DNA of 64,000 bases from Vulcanisaeta sp. AZ3 (lineage in GTDB: Archaea > Thermoproteota > Thermoprotei > Thermoproteales > Thermocladiaceae), in the NCBI GenBank assembly GCA_000960865.2, contig JZWU02000005.1, positions 1 to 64,000 of the forward strand, given 5' to 3'. Below, one piece after another: positions 10,265 to 21,049 of this stretch (the stretch's first letter is position 1; every line of letters begins with the position of its first letter). Both the position numbers and the translations under genes were made by a program. The notes beneath the pieces are model-generated. The model had not been told where the DNA came from, ran no database searches, and was given only the letters and a program-made list of their open reading frames with translations.

Positions 10265-10582
10265 ATGATTGGTATGTCTACACCCTGCAATAGGTGGGAA
10301 GTATTAATTAATGAAGCTGAGAAAACGGGCAATAAAGAGAAGGCACTAGAGTTTAGGGAGAAGCTTGTTGAGTGCATAGTCTATACTGTCCAGGAATTAA
10401 TAGCTAAGGGTCGCTCAGAGGATCTAAGAGATGCTGAGGAGTTGCTTAAGTATGGTGAGGATGTGGGTAATAGGTTAGGCATAAGTGAGCTTCAATTTCA
10501 CGTAAACCTGCTAAGGAAGAGGATTGAGGAAAAGAGGGAGAGAAGAAAGCCCAGAGAGGCTGAGGTGAAGCAAAAACAGTAG
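10265..10582 (+). CDS. Small helical hypothetical protein
   Basis: ORF with upstream TATA box; charged helical composition. Confidence 0.7.
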   Translation: MIGMSTPCNRWEVLINEAEKTGNKEKALEFREKLVECIVYTVQELIAKGRSEDLRDAEELLKYGEDVGNRLGISELQFHVNLLRKRIEEKRERRKPREAEVKQKQ

Positions 10583-10787
10583 ATAAAATAAAAAATTGCA
10601 TATAAAGTCCTCTACACTTAACACTTATGGGAAATTCAAAGTAGTGGTAAAAACAAATAAGAATTAGGAAATAGAAAAGCAAGACTAGATCTTATTCTTA
10701 GTTAACATAATGTGGCTAGTTAGAGATAATTAAATTGGTAAGATAAGGGCGCATCGCTTATAAAATAGCGATGTAAAGGCAATTAAA

Positions 10788-11237
10788 ATGGCAATACTCA
10801 CCATAGAGTTTACAATAACCAGAGAGGTAAGCACGGAGGCCCAAGGAGAAGTTTGGAAAATATTAAGCAATATTGAGGGAATGCCGAGGTATTGGAGAGG
10901 TCATAGGGAAGTAAATATAGTGAGTAAGGATGGTAATAATTACTTAGCTAGGATAAGGTTTGCATTCCCAGGTCCGATGAATAGGGGCATTGCGAAGATA
11001 ACCGTGGATGAGCTTGAAAAACAAGTGTTGATAAATTACATTAATGGGCCAATAAGGGGTTATGTGATGAATAAGTTAAGTAGTAATGCACTATCAAGTC
11101 GGTGGATGGTAAGGATAACACCAATATTCATTATTATGAAACCATGGATAAAGAAACACTTCATGGAGGGAACCACAAACGCATTAACGCGAATAGTTCA
11201 AGAGGCAATAAACCAAGAAAAGCCTAAAAATACCTAA
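10788..11237 (+). CDS. SRPBCC/polyketide cyclase family protein
   Basis: VWKILSNIEGMPRYW N-terminal motif; 149 aa. Confidence 0.75.
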   Translation: MAILTIEFTITREVSTEAQGEVWKILSNIEGMPRYWRGHREVNIVSKDGNNYLARIRFAFPGPMNRGIAKITVDELEKQVLINYINGPIRGYVMNKLSSNALSSRWMVRITPIFIIMKPWIKKHFMEGTTNALTRIVQEAINQEKPKNT

Positions 11238-11254
11238 ACAATCAACACATGAGG

Positions 11255-11347
11255 GGCCCCGTAGCTCAGCCAGGATAGAGCGGCGGCCTCCTAACAAGGG
11301 CGAGGGAGAGCCGTAGGTCGTGGGTTCGAATCCCACCGGGGCCGCCA
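11255..11347 (+). tRNA. tRNA-Arg (anticodon CCU) with a ~15-nt intron at 37/38 (about 11294-11308)
   Basis: GGCCCCG/CGGGGCC acceptor stem; GCGGC-CT-CCT-A[intron]A-GCCGT; GGTTCGAATCC; ends GCCA. Confidence 0.9.
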
Positions 11348-11392
11348 ATCACTTGCTGCTAAGAATTCTCAGGAAAGCCTCGCCCGAACGTG

Positions 11393-11448
11393 CCCATCAG
11401 TGGTTATTTTATCTTCATTTCTCTGTCCTGGAAGGAATCATCATTTAA
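11393..11448 (-). ncRNA. C/D box sRNA
   Basis: C ATGATGA (11444-11438), guide TTCCTTCCAGGA, D' CAGA, C' ATGAAGA, guide TAAAATAACCA, D CTGA (11400-11397). Confidence 0.75.
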
Positions 11449-11577
11449 CTTATAATTCCATATCTAATCTTAAATATTATTCGTAGATTTAATTATTCAA
11501 TAATTTCACTATAATGATCAGTCCCATTGTTTCTCTAAAGACCTTTATCTGCCGTAAAACGTCTCCAAAAATAGGAC

Positions 11578-12560
11578 TCATGTAATTTTCACATGGTTAT
11601 AACTACCAAGGACCTTTAAGTAAGTGGTAACTTTATTCAACTCTCTAATAGCTTCAGTACAAATAACATCTCTTAACTGGCACTCGACTTCAAGTAGGAA
11701 ATCGTACCCCCACGGGCTCTGCCTATTGGGTTTCGAGTAAATCATTGATAAATTAAGACCTCTCTCAGCGAGGGGCCTAAGGGCATTATATAGGGCACCG
11801 GGTCTGTTGGGAATTGAGAATATGATTAGCGTTCTATCACCAACCATCGGAATGCGCTTACTGATTATTAGGAATCTCGTGTAATTAGGTCTATCTTCAA
11901 TGCCGCAAACCATGGCCTTTAAGCCATGTATCTCTGCGCCAAGCCTCGATGCTATAGCAGCCCTATTCTTAAACCCCTTTATCCTCTCTAAGGCCTCTGA
12001 GGTGGATTGTGTATATATCACTGATGCTCCGTGCCTTGTTATGAAATTCATAGCCTCGGAAATAGCATGAGGATGAGAGTATATCTCGGTTATCTCCTCC
12101 ATGGATTTCACGCAATCATTGACTATGAGACATAGATTTACCCTATACTCAACAGAGTACTTAATACCCACATCCCACTTTATCAATGAATCCATGGAAT
12201 CACCAACAACACCTGCCAAGTTATTCTCAATTGGTATTACACCAAAGCCACAATTATTATCGTAGACACACTTAACTACCTCCTCCACACTCCTCATAGG
12301 CAAATACTGCTTGCCTTCACCAAACAATCTAATTGCAACCTCATGTGAATAACTACCACTAGGTCCCAAAAACCCCACTGAATCATTAATTATATACTCA
12401 CTGAACAACCTAATTAGTATGGGTTCATGAACATTACTAATTAATTCCTTAAGCATTTCACTATCAACCAGACCACTGCTTAATACTTCCCTTAACTCAA
12501 CTAAGTTATTCTCAAGATTCTTTACCAGGTTTATTATTCTTTGAATTCCAGCTCGTTCAC
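11578..12560 (-). CDS. pheA: Prephenate dehydratase with ACT domain; promoter-proximal GTG 12560 is out of frame, first in-frame ATG is 12456
   Basis: FLGPSGSYS, PIEN, SHPHA, NYTRF and PGAL motifs. Confidence 0.88.
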
Positions 12561-12591
12561 ATTTGCCCAGTATATAGGTTATTTATAAGCA

Positions 12592-13614
12592 TTACTTAGC
12601 ACCCAATTTCCTAATTACCTCCTCTGTGAACTCTGTGGCCTTAGCATTACCACCTAGATCTGGTGTTAATTTAATTCCCTCACTCAACACCCTAATGACA
12701 GCATCCTCAACAGCTGCACCAGCCCTCACAAACCCCGAATCCCCTGTTCTTACACCCCACCACTTAAGCATCCACCCGGCACACAGTATCATGGCTGTTG
12801 GGTTAGCAATGCCCTTACCTGCTATGTCAAAGGCAGCTCCATGGACGGGTTCGAACATTGCCTTAACATCACCTATATTTGCAGATGGTGCTAATCCAAT
12901 GCTTCCAGTCACATATGCGGCTATATCGCTTAATATATCTCCATAGAGGTTTGTAGTTACTATTACATCGAAGTCCTGAGGCTTTCTAACAATATCCATG
13001 ACAGCAGCATCTATGTACATCTCATCAATAGCGATACTTGAGTAATTCTTAGCCACCTCTCTCACTGTATTTCTGAAGAGCCCATCACTCAGAGTAAGTA
13101 CGTTAGCCTTATGCACTATGGTAACCCTTCTCTTACGATTGAGAGCCAAATTCAGAGCCATCTTAGCGATCCTTTCGCTCGCTCTTCTAGTCACTAGCCT
13201 CAGAGCTATTGCTACATCATTAGTCAACATATACTCAGCCCTAATGTAAACATCCTCTGTATTCTCCCTAACAATAATTAAGTCAACACCATCCCTCACA
13301 GCCCTAACTCCAGGATAATTCCTTGCAGGTCTGATGTTTGCGTATAAATCCAAATCCCTCCTAAGCTTAACCACAACATCTCCAGCACTCTCACCAACAG
13401 GCCCCTTTAAGATTGCATCTGAAGACTCAATAATTGGCCAGTACTTATTAGGTAACGCCTCGCCATACCTCTTAACTGCCTCATCACCTGCCTCTACAAA
13501 CGTAAATTCGATATTTAATCCATACCTCACGGAGACCGCCTTTAGAACTTCGAGAGCTGATGAGACAACCTCAGGACCTACACCATCACCCTCGATTACT
13601 GCAACCTTCATCAT
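12592..13614 (-). CDS. leuB: 3-isopropylmalate/homoisocitrate dehydrogenase
   Basis: GDGVGPEV, VRENTE, HKANV, NLYGDILSD and FEPVHG motifs. Confidence 0.88.
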   Translation of the reverse strand: MMKVAVIEGDGVGPEVVSSALEVLKAVSVRYGLNIEFTFVEAGDEAVKRYGEALPNKYWPIIESSDAILKGPVGESAGDVVVKLRRDLDLYANIRPARNYPGVRAVRDGVDLIIVRENTEDVYIRAEYMLTNDVAIALRLVTRRASERIAKMALNLALNRKRRVTIVHKANVLTLSDGLFRNTVREVAKNYSSIAIDEMYIDAAVMDIVRKPQDFDVIVTTNLYGDILSDIAAYVTGSIGLAPSANIGDVKAMFEPVHGAAFDIAGKGIANPTAMILCAGWMLKWWGVRTGDSGFVRAGAAVEDAVIRVLSEGIKLTPDLGGNAKATEFTEEVIRKLGAK

Positions 13615-13700
13615 TAATTAAATAAATAGAGTACTTATTATGCATTATCCAGATATAGAGCATAAGAATACTTATAAATGACAGTGAAATTCCATTAATA

Positions 13701-14048
13701 ATGAATTTATTGAGAGGTGGTGAGGAGAGTTGGGAGAGACTCAATGACTTAGCCTTTAGGAAGTATGCGCATGGGTCGAGAGTTACGATTGCTCAATTTA
13801 AACTGCTAAGAGGTTCGTACGTTAAGCCGCATTCACATCCTCACGAACAAGTCTCCATAGTTATTCAGGGAAGGGTTAGGTTCACGGTTGGCAATGAGGA
13901 GATTGAGTTAAGACCTGGAGATGCTGTGTTAATACCGCCAAACGTGATGCATGATGCGGAGGCTCTTGAGGATTCACTTGTTGTAGATGTTTATTCCCCG
14001 ATAAGGGATGACTGGATTAGGGGTGAGGATAATTATTTACGATCTTAA
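13701..14048 (+). CDS. Cupin domain protein
   Basis: HSHPHEQ...IPPNVMH motifs. Confidence 0.9.
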   Translation: MNLLRGGEESWERLNDLAFRKYAHGSRVTIAQFKLLRGSYVKPHSHPHEQVSIVIQGRVRFTVGNEEIELRPGDAVLIPPNVMHDAEALEDSLVVDVYSPIRDDWIRGEDNYLRS

Positions 14049-14050
14049 CC

Positions 14051-15232
14051 TTAAGGTTGCTGTGGAGAATATTTATTGCTCATCAAATCCCTTATTATTT
14101 GCTTAATATCTCCCTCGGTAATCCTAAAACCCGCATCACCTAATTCCTTAATTCTCTCTAGTATTTTATTTACTAAGACCTCGTGGGGCTCAATGCCCAT
14201 AGACCTAAGTACGAATTCTACAGAATGCCTACCACTATGCTTACCAATCACTATTTTACGGTTCATGCCAACACTCTCTGGACTTATTGGCTCATAAGTA
14301 ATCGGGTTGGATAACACACCATGTACGTGTATTCCAGATTCGTGAGAGAAGGCATTGGCACCAACAATGGCCTTATTCGGCGGCACTGGTATTTTAAACA
14401 ACCTAGATACCAAATCAGAGACTTCCTTTATCTTCTCGAACTTAATTCCAACGTTATAGTTTAACAGGAATTTCACGGCAGCTGCAATCTCCTCAAGTGC
14501 CGCATTACCAGCTCTCTCCCCAACACCGTTTATTGTACCATGCACTTGATCAGCCCCAGCCTCTATAGCTGTCACGCTATTGGCAACTGCCATTCCGAAG
14601 TCATCATGACAATGAACACTCAATAAATAATCACCCTTAACATTCTCCTTGACAAAACTAACAAGCCAAGCCATCTTACTCGGCCACATAACGCCCACCG
14701 TGTCGGCAATATCCAACCTATCAGCACCTGCATTAACAACCTCCTGGAAAACCCTTACGAGGAACTGCGGATCACTCCTAGTTGCATCCTCTGCACTAAA
14801 CTCCACAATCATACCATGAGACTTTGCGTATTCTACAGCTTCTACGGCGGTACTAACCACCTTCTCCCTATTCATCTTCAACTTATACTTCATGTGTATG
14901 TCTGATGTAGCTATGAAGATGTGTACAGCTCCAACGTCAGCATCAATGACCCTATTGATATCCTCTCTTCTCGTCCTAGCCAGAGCTATGACCTCGGTAT
15001 CAGTGACCTCCCTCGCTATATCCTTAACGGCCCTAAACTCACCATCGCTTACTATTGGAAAGCCAGCCTCTATTGAGTCAACACCCAACTCTTCAAGCTT
15101 AAGGGCTATGGCCAATTTATCCTCAGACCTCAGGGCAACACCAGGAGTTTGTTCGCCATCCCTTAGTGTCGTATCTAAGAACCTAACGTACCTACCACCT
15201 ACCGAACCCTGAACTACATTTTCCTGAGCAAT
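14051..15232 (-). CDS. leuA: 2-isopropylmalate synthase, short form without C-terminal regulatory domain; frame begins at ATT 15232
   Basis: DTTLRDGEQTPG lies upstream of the ORF-track start (15115); HCHDD, GERAGN and HESGIH motifs; adjacent to ilv/leu genes. Confidence 0.88.
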   Translation of the reverse strand: MAQENVVQGSVGGRYVRFLDTTLRDGEQTPGVALRSEDKLAIALKLEELGVDSIEAGFPIVSDGEFRAVKDIAREVTDTEVIALARTRREDINRVIDADVGAVHIFIATSDIHMKYKLKMNREKVVSTAVEAVEYAKSHGMIVEFSAEDATRSDPQFLVRVFQEVVNAGADRLDIADTVGVMWPSKMAWLVSFVKENVKGDYLLSVHCHDDFGMAVANSVTAIEAGADQVHGTINGVGERAGNAALEEIAAAVKFLLNYNVGIKFEKIKEVSDLVSRLFKIPVPPNKAIVGANAFSHESGIHVHGVLSNPITYEPISPESVGMNRKIVIGKHSGRHSVEFVLRSMGIEPHEVLVNKILERIKELGDAGFRITEGDIKQIIRDLMSNKYSPQQP

Positions 15233-15373
15233 CTATCCCACCAAACCTTAACTAAAAATACTCTATTTAAGCTTTATTCTAAGAGAAATATATTAATGAG
15301 AATCACGATAATAAACAATATATTTAGTTATGATGAAGAAAAACTTAAATATTCTATAGTTGACTTCCACCTG

Positions 15374-15400
15374 ATGAGGTGCTTTATTCTTTACGTATAA
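15374..15400 (+). promoter_or_regulatory. Putative ilv leader peptide MRCFILYV*
   Basis: ATG about 30 nt after the CTTAAATA TATA box; its 8 codons include Ile, Leu and Val. Confidence 0.65.
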
Positions 15401-15483
15401 GGGAAATAGAGAACGGAAATCAAAAGTCCACTCAATCAATGCCTCAGGAGAACATGAGTACAATTTGTGCCTAGGTGATCAAC

Positions 15484-17205
15484 ATGCCCCGAGCGGTTGA
15501 TTTATTAGTTAAAGAAATGGAGAGTATGGGCGTCGATAAGATTTTCGGTATAATAGGTGGGCAAATAATGCCATTCTATGATGCGCTGTATAATACCAAT
15601 ATTAAGGTCTACATGTTTAGACATGAACAAGGCGCAGTGCACGCTGCTGATGCCTATGGTAGAGTCACTAAGAGACCCATGACAGTGATAGTTACATCAG
15701 GACCGGGAGCAGCTAATCTCGTCACAGGGCTTGCTAATGCAATGATGGATTCGTCACCTCTAATAGCCATAACAGGGCAGGTACCTACGATCTTCTTTGG
15801 TAGGGATACGTTTCAAGAGACAGATATAGTGGGTACAACTATGCCAATAACTAAGCATACATTCATGGTTAAGAGACCAGAGGACCTTGTCCCGGCGTAT
15901 AAGGCCGCCTATGAGGTGAGTATTGATGGTAGGCCAGGCCCTGTGCTTATAGATATGCCGAGAGATGTTCAACTATCTGAAGTTAGTGAGAATTGTAGAA
16001 TGAGGATGATTAAGGTGTTTAAGATGGTTATACCTGAACCAGACCCATCACTCGTAGCCTATGCCCTTAAACTCTTACTCAATGCAGAGAGGCCTGTGAT
16101 GTTTGTGGGTGGTGGTGTTTGTTGGAGTGGTGCAACTAATGAGGTATTAACACTTGCTGAATTGATAGGAATGCCCATAGTCACCACATTACCCGGTAAG
16201 AATTGCGTGCCTAGTAATCATCCATTAGTAATGGGTCCGGCGGGCATGCATGGTAGGCTTGAGGCTGATGCTGCTTTGATAAATGCAGACGCGGTACTCG
16301 CCGTTGGTACTAGATTCAGTGATAGGACCGTGGGAAATTTCCAAGAGTTCAGTAGGGGTAGAAAAATTATTCACATAGATATTGACAAGAGCGAGATTGG
16401 GAAGAATGTAAAGCCTGATGTTGGTATTGTTGGCGATGCTAAGACTGTACTATCTATGATGATAGATATACTACCAAAAGCCCTAAAGAGAAGGCATGAG
16501 AAGTTTATAAGTTGGCTAAGGAGTATTAAGGAGGGCTTTGAAAAGTATAGGAATGAGCTGCCCTTCGAGGGATTCGCAGCATGGAGAATCTTGAAGGTTC
16601 TCCGTGAGGTTATACCACCCAATGCAATAACGGTAACTGGTGTAGGTAGTCACCAGATGTGGAGTGAACTTCATTGGGATGTTTATGTACCTGGTACCTT
16701 CATAACAAGCGCGGGCCTGGGTACAATGGGCTTTGGAATACCAGCCGCTCTAGGCGCAAAGATAGCTAGACCAGATGTTCCGGTGCTTGACATTGATGGT
16801 GATGGATCATTCCAAATGACATTGCAGAACTTAGCCCTAGTTCGTGAGTATAATTTACCAATAATAATCACGATATTTGATAACTCAGCGCTCATGCTGG
16901 TTAGGCATTGGCAGGTCATGCTTTATAGCAGGAGAATCATTGCAGTAGACTTTAACTTCAATCCAGACTTCATGAAGATCGCCGAGGCTTATGGCATAGA
17001 AGGCATTAGACCGGGTAGCTATGAGGAGTTAAGGGTTGCAGTAGCAAGGGCTGTTAGAAACAGTGAACCTCTCATAGTCGATGTAACTATCGATAGAGAA
17101 AAAGACCTTGTGCTTCCTTTCGTCCCTTCAGGTAAGTGGTTAGAGGAGGTAATAATGCCCGAGGGATTTCACGTAAATCTGAGGTATATGGGTGATGGAC
17201 AATGA
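15484..17205 (+). CDS. ilvB: Acetolactate synthase large subunit
   Basis: RHEQGA, TSGPG, FQE and GDGS TPP motifs; SD AGGTGA before ATG 15484. Confidence 0.93.
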   Translation: MPRAVDLLVKEMESMGVDKIFGIIGGQIMPFYDALYNTNIKVYMFRHEQGAVHAADAYGRVTKRPMTVIVTSGPGAANLVTGLANAMMDSSPLIAITGQVPTIFFGRDTFQETDIVGTTMPITKHTFMVKRPEDLVPAYKAAYEVSIDGRPGPVLIDMPRDVQLSEVSENCRMRMIKVFKMVIPEPDPSLVAYALKLLLNAERPVMFVGGGVCWSGATNEVLTLAELIGMPIVTTLPGKNCVPSNHPLVMGPAGMHGRLEADAALINADAVLAVGTRFSDRTVGNFQEFSRGRKIIHIDIDKSEIGKNVKPDVGIVGDAKTVLSMMIDILPKALKRRHEKFISWLRSIKEGFEKYRNELPFEGFAAWRILKVLREVIPPNAITVTGVGSHQMWSELHWDVYVPGTFITSAGLGTMGFGIPAALGAKIARPDVPVLDIDGDGSFQMTLQNLALVREYNLPIIITIFDNSALMLVRHWQVMLYSRRIIAVDFNFNPDFMKIAEAYGIEGIRPGSYEELRVAVARAVRNSEPLIVDVTIDREKDLVLPFVPSGKWLEEVIMPEGFHVNLRYMGDGQ

Positions 17206-17483
17206 ATAGGGACTTCTCGATAGATATCATGATGAATAACGAGGTTAACCCACTAGACGCTGTGGTTAGAGCTATGAATATTGTCAGAAGAGGTAAGATT
17301 ATCGTTAAGAACATACTAATTGATATGAATGATTCAACAATTAAGGTCTCCATGAGGATCGCGGGTGATGAGGATGAGGTCAAGTGGGTCTGTAATAAGC
17401 TTGATAAGCTCTATGATGTGACAAAAGTTAAATATACACAGGTAGAACTACAAAGTAAAGCATTGGTGGTGAATAATGGCTAG
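17202..17483 (+). CDS. ACT-domain acetolactate synthase small subunit-like protein
   Basis: Lies between ilvB and ilvC; C-terminal [11 protein letters not shown] pattern. Confidence 0.75.
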   Translation: MNRDFSIDIMMNNEVNPLDAVVRAMNIVRRGKIIVKNILIDMNDSTIKVSMRIAGDEDEVKWVCNKLDKLYDVTKVKYTQVELQSKALVVNNG

Positions 17484-18459
17484 GATATACAAGGATGAGG
17501 ACGTAGACCTATCGATACTAAATGGAAAGATAGTGGCTATACTCGGCTATGGAATTCAGGGCAGGGCTTGGGCGCTTAATATGAGAGATAGTGGCGTAAG
17601 GGTTATTGTTGGTGTTAGGCCGGGTAGGAGTTTCGATTTAGCTAGACAAGAGGGTTTTGAAGTTTATCCTGTGACTGAGGCTGTTAGAAGAGCTGATATA
17701 ATTGCCGTATTACTTCCTGATATGGCGCAACCTACCGTGTGGCGTAAGGAGATAGAACCAAACCTAAAGCCTGGTTCCACAGTAGTTTTTGCACATGGAT
17801 TCAATATAAGGTTTGGTCTCATAAAGCCTCCAGGTAATGTTGATGTTGTACTGCTTGCACCTAAAGCACCTGGTAAGGCTGTTAGGGATGAGTTTATGAG
17901 AAGTTGGGGTGTACCTGCCCTAGTGGCTGTTTATCAGGACTATACAGGTAATGCGTTCAAGACAGTGTTAGCCTTGGCTAAAGCCAATGGACATACTAGG
18001 GTTGGTGTCATTGAGACGACATTTGCTGAAGAGACAGAGACTGACTTGATTGGTGAGCAGACGGTCCTTGTTGGAGGCTTAATGGAACTTATTAAGAGGG
18101 GATTTGAGGTTATGGTGGAGCTTGGCTATCAGCCTGAGGTTGCTTACTTTGAGGTATTAAATGAGGCTAAGCTAATAATGGATTTAATATGGGAAAAAGG
18201 GTTAACGGGCATGTTGCTTGGGGTTAGTGAGACTGCGAGATATGGTGGATTAACCGTGGGTCCGCAGGTGATTAATGATGATGTTAAGAGAAGAATGAAG
18301 GAGGCTGCGGAGAGAGTTAGGAATGGAGAGTTCGCTAAGGAGTGGGTTGAGGAGTATGGTAAAGGAGCCCCAAGGCTTAGTGAGTTGCTAGACAGGATTA
18401 AGAATCATGAAATTGAAAAGGTAGGTAATGAGATAAGGAGAATGATGAGAAGTGGATAG
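17476..18459 (+). CDS. ilvC: Ketol-acid reductoisomerase
   Basis: GYGIQG, FAHGF, APKAPG and [10 protein letters not shown] motifs. Confidence 0.95.
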   Translation: MARIYKDEDVDLSILNGKIVAILGYGIQGRAWALNMRDSGVRVIVGVRPGRSFDLARQEGFEVYPVTEAVRRADIIAVLLPDMAQPTVWRKEIEPNLKPGSTVVFAHGFNIRFGLIKPPGNVDVVLLAPKAPGKAVRDEFMRSWGVPALVAVYQDYTGNAFKTVLALAKANGHTRVGVIETTFAEETETDLIGEQTVLVGGLMELIKRGFEVMVELGYQPEVAYFEVLNEAKLIMDLIWEKGLTGMLLGVSETARYGGLTVGPQVINDDVKRRMKEAAERVRNGEFAKEWVEEYGKGAPRLSELLDRIKNHEIEKVGNEIRRMMRSG

Positions 18460-18540
18460 TATCTATAAATTATTTCTCTTCAAACTCTATAAAATATTAA
18501 ATACGCAATGCATATAAATAGCCTTAAAAATAAATATACC

Positions 18541-19791
18541 GTGAATTTAACACTCACAGAGAAAATACTCAATAGAGCATCGGGTAGGGTAGTGACCTCA
18601 GGCGATGTCATTGAGGTTACAGTTGACCTTGCAGCATTTCATGATTTGACTGGTTACCATGTGGTTGAGGTAATGGAGAAGATGGGTAAGGTTAGGATCT
18701 GGGATGTGGATAAGTTCGTTCTGGCCTTTGACCATTTGGCACCACCACCTACAGAGAGAGCCGCTGAGATTCAGGTGGGGCTTAGGAAGTTCGCTAAGCT
18801 AGCAAATGTTAAGTATTTCCATGATGTTGGTGATGGAATACTTCATCAATTACTCCTTGAGAAGTACGCATTGCCTGGGCAGGTGGTTATGGCTGCTGAT
18901 AGCCACACAACTACGGCAGGTGCGATTGGCGCATTCGCACAAGGCCTTGGTGCTAGTGATGTAGCTGCCATAGTAGTTACAGGAAAGACTTGGCTTGTAG
19001 TTCCTGAACCTTTTAAGGTGAGGTTAATTGGTAAGTTGGGCTCTGGAGTTTATGGTAAGGATGTAGTCTTACATTTGTTGGGCACGTTTAGAGCTGAAGG
19101 CTTGAGCGGGAAGTCTGTAGAGTTCTTTGTTGATGTACCGACCGCCTTTCCAATGGATTATAGAGCTACGGTGTCTAACATGGGCACTGAATTAGGTGCT
19201 GATGCTGCTATGTTTGTGCCTGATCAAGAGACTGTAAATTACATACACAATATGAGGGGTATTGATGTTAAGCCAGTAACGCCAGACCAAGGGGCTAGGT
19301 ATGTCGATGAGTACGATCTAGAGTTGGGGAGGCTTGAACCCCTTGTTGCTGTACCACATAGTGTTGATAATGTTAAATCAGTACGTGAGGTAGAGGGTTT
19401 AGATGTGGATTACGTGTTCATTGGTTCATGCACTAACGGAAGATTAAGTGATATTGAAGTAGCTGCACAAATACTAAGAAGGGGTAAGGCAAAGGCTAGG
19501 TGTATAGCCATACCTGCATCAAGGGATGTATTCCTAAAGGCTCTCGAACTAGGTTACATAGATATATTGACAAAGGCGGGTTGCGTCATTACCCATGGAA
19601 CTTGTGGCCCATGCATAGGTGGGCACTTTGGAATCGTAGGTCCCGGGGAGGTTGCCGTATCAACAAGTAATAGGAACTTTATTGGTAGGATGGGCTCTAA
19701 GGAAGGCAAGGTTTACCTTGCTAATGCAGCCACCGCGGCCGCAGCAGCCTTAACAGGGAAGCTCGTGGATCCACGTCAATTTTTAATATAA
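18541..19791 (+). CDS. leuC: 3-isopropylmalate dehydratase/homoaconitase large subunit
   Basis: [18 protein letters not shown] and NRNF motifs; leaderless GTG 18541 favoured. Confidence 0.9.
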   Translation: MNLTLTEKILNRASGRVVTSGDVIEVTVDLAAFHDLTGYHVVEVMEKMGKVRIWDVDKFVLAFDHLAPPPTERAAEIQVGLRKFAKLANVKYFHDVGDGILHQLLLEKYALPGQVVMAADSHTTTAGAIGAFAQGLGASDVAAIVVTGKTWLVVPEPFKVRLIGKLGSGVYGKDVVLHLLGTFRAEGLSGKSVEFFVDVPTAFPMDYRATVSNMGTELGADAAMFVPDQETVNYIHNMRGIDVKPVTPDQGARYVDEYDLELGRLEPLVAVPHSVDNVKSVREVEGLDVDYVFIGSCTNGRLSDIEVAAQILRRGKAKARCIAIPASRDVFLKALELGYIDILTKAGCVITHGTCGPCIGGHFGIVGPGEVAVSTSNRNFIGRMGSKEGKVYLANAATAAAAALTGKLVDPRQFLI

Positions 19792-19872
19792 TTATCCTCA
19801 TCGCATTATCTATCATTAAATTAAACGAAGATTTAACATTGATGTTCTAGGGCGTGATTCTAGATGCTGTAC

Positions 19873-20373
19873 TTAAACTCTGTGACTCTTGAGGTACTCA
19901 AGTAATCCACCGCTTTTTAAGATCTCGAGGGCCATTCCAGTGATGGGTCTAGTCTTGAGGACTTTCTGTCCATTGTTAATTATTACCTCACCACTCTCTA
20001 CATTTATTGATGCGTAATCACCTTCATTCACTTCCCTACTTATTCCCGGTACTGCCAGAGCAGGTAAGCCATTGTTTATTGCATTCCTATAGAAAATTCT
20101 TGCAAAGGACTCTGCAAGCACTGCCTTGACACCAGCAGCTTTTAATGCTATGGCTGCTTGTTCACGGCTTGAGCCCATGCCGAATGCTCTACCAGCTACT
20201 AAAATTACACCTTTACTTGCCTTCTCGTAGAAGTGTGGGTCTAGGGGCTCCATTGCATGCTTAGCCAATGTAGCTGGGTCCGTGTAGACTAAGTACCTGG
20301 CTGGTATTATTATGTCTGTATCTACATTATCACCAACTTTAATCACAGGACCCTCGACAGTAAATTGAGGCAT
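19873..20373 (-). CDS. leuD: 3-isopropylmalate dehydratase/homoaconitase small subunit
   Basis: [18 protein letters not shown] and SFARIFYRN motifs. Confidence 0.92.
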   Translation of the reverse strand: MPQFTVEGPVIKVGDNVDTDIIIPARYLVYTDPATLAKHAMEPLDPHFYEKASKGVILVAGRAFGMGSSREQAAIALKAAGVKAVLAESFARIFYRNAINNGLPALAVPGISREVNEGDYASINVESGEVIINNGQKVLKTRPITGMALEILKSGGLLEYLKSHRV

Positions 20374-21049
20374 AACACATTATGTATATATGCCTTTTAA
20401 AGATTACACTGTATATATCGATATGGTCCTAATTAATTCAATATAATACAAATATGCGATCTAAAAAATCAATATAAGTTCTTGATATAATTGTAAGGGA
20501 TTATGTATAAGCAGCTAATATATTTTTATATTAAAATGATGGTATTATGAATAGCATTACTCCTCAGTGATGAATTACATAGAGAACGGTCGATAAACTC
20601 AGATCCCTAAAAAGGTATTTTTAACCATGCCTTGAGTAAATTATTGTAAAGTCATTAATAGTGTAACGATAGAGAGTTTGAATATAGCTACTAAATGTAC
20701 TCTGTCTGAATTTAATAAAGTGAAACTTATAGACCACGTTACTAAATGGAGTTAGAAATATGAAGAGAACAGTTAAGGCTTTCATAGAGTTTTCTAACGA
20801 AAGAACTAAGAGCTATCCATGGATATCACAATGACAAGTATCACAGGACTCTTCGATAATTTTAATTGCTACACACCTAAAATTTAATAATTATAATATT
20901 ACAAGGTAAGCAATAGAATTGGTATGGAGTATTCATAATTGATTAATAATTATTAATTTTGATATTTATGCTATGATCGTGAATATATATTTTTCTGGGA
21001 AAGGTAAATTTTAAATAGGTAGTATGCACGTGCCTATATAGGTGACTGG

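Noticed and set aside
11371-11386. GGAAAGCCTCGCCC, resembling an IS200/IS605 end and complementary to 8 nt of the tRNA intron
   Set aside because: The second arm of the hairpin and any transposase are absent, and an 8-nt match is compatible with chance.
15400-15480. Classical bacterial transcription attenuator in the ilvB leader
   Set aside because: No GC-rich terminator/antiterminator hairpins or U-tract are visible.
20400-21000. Long AT-rich intergenic region with a GTGATGA C-box-like word
   Set aside because: No convincing D boxes, ORF or repeats; it may be decayed sequence but cannot be assigned.
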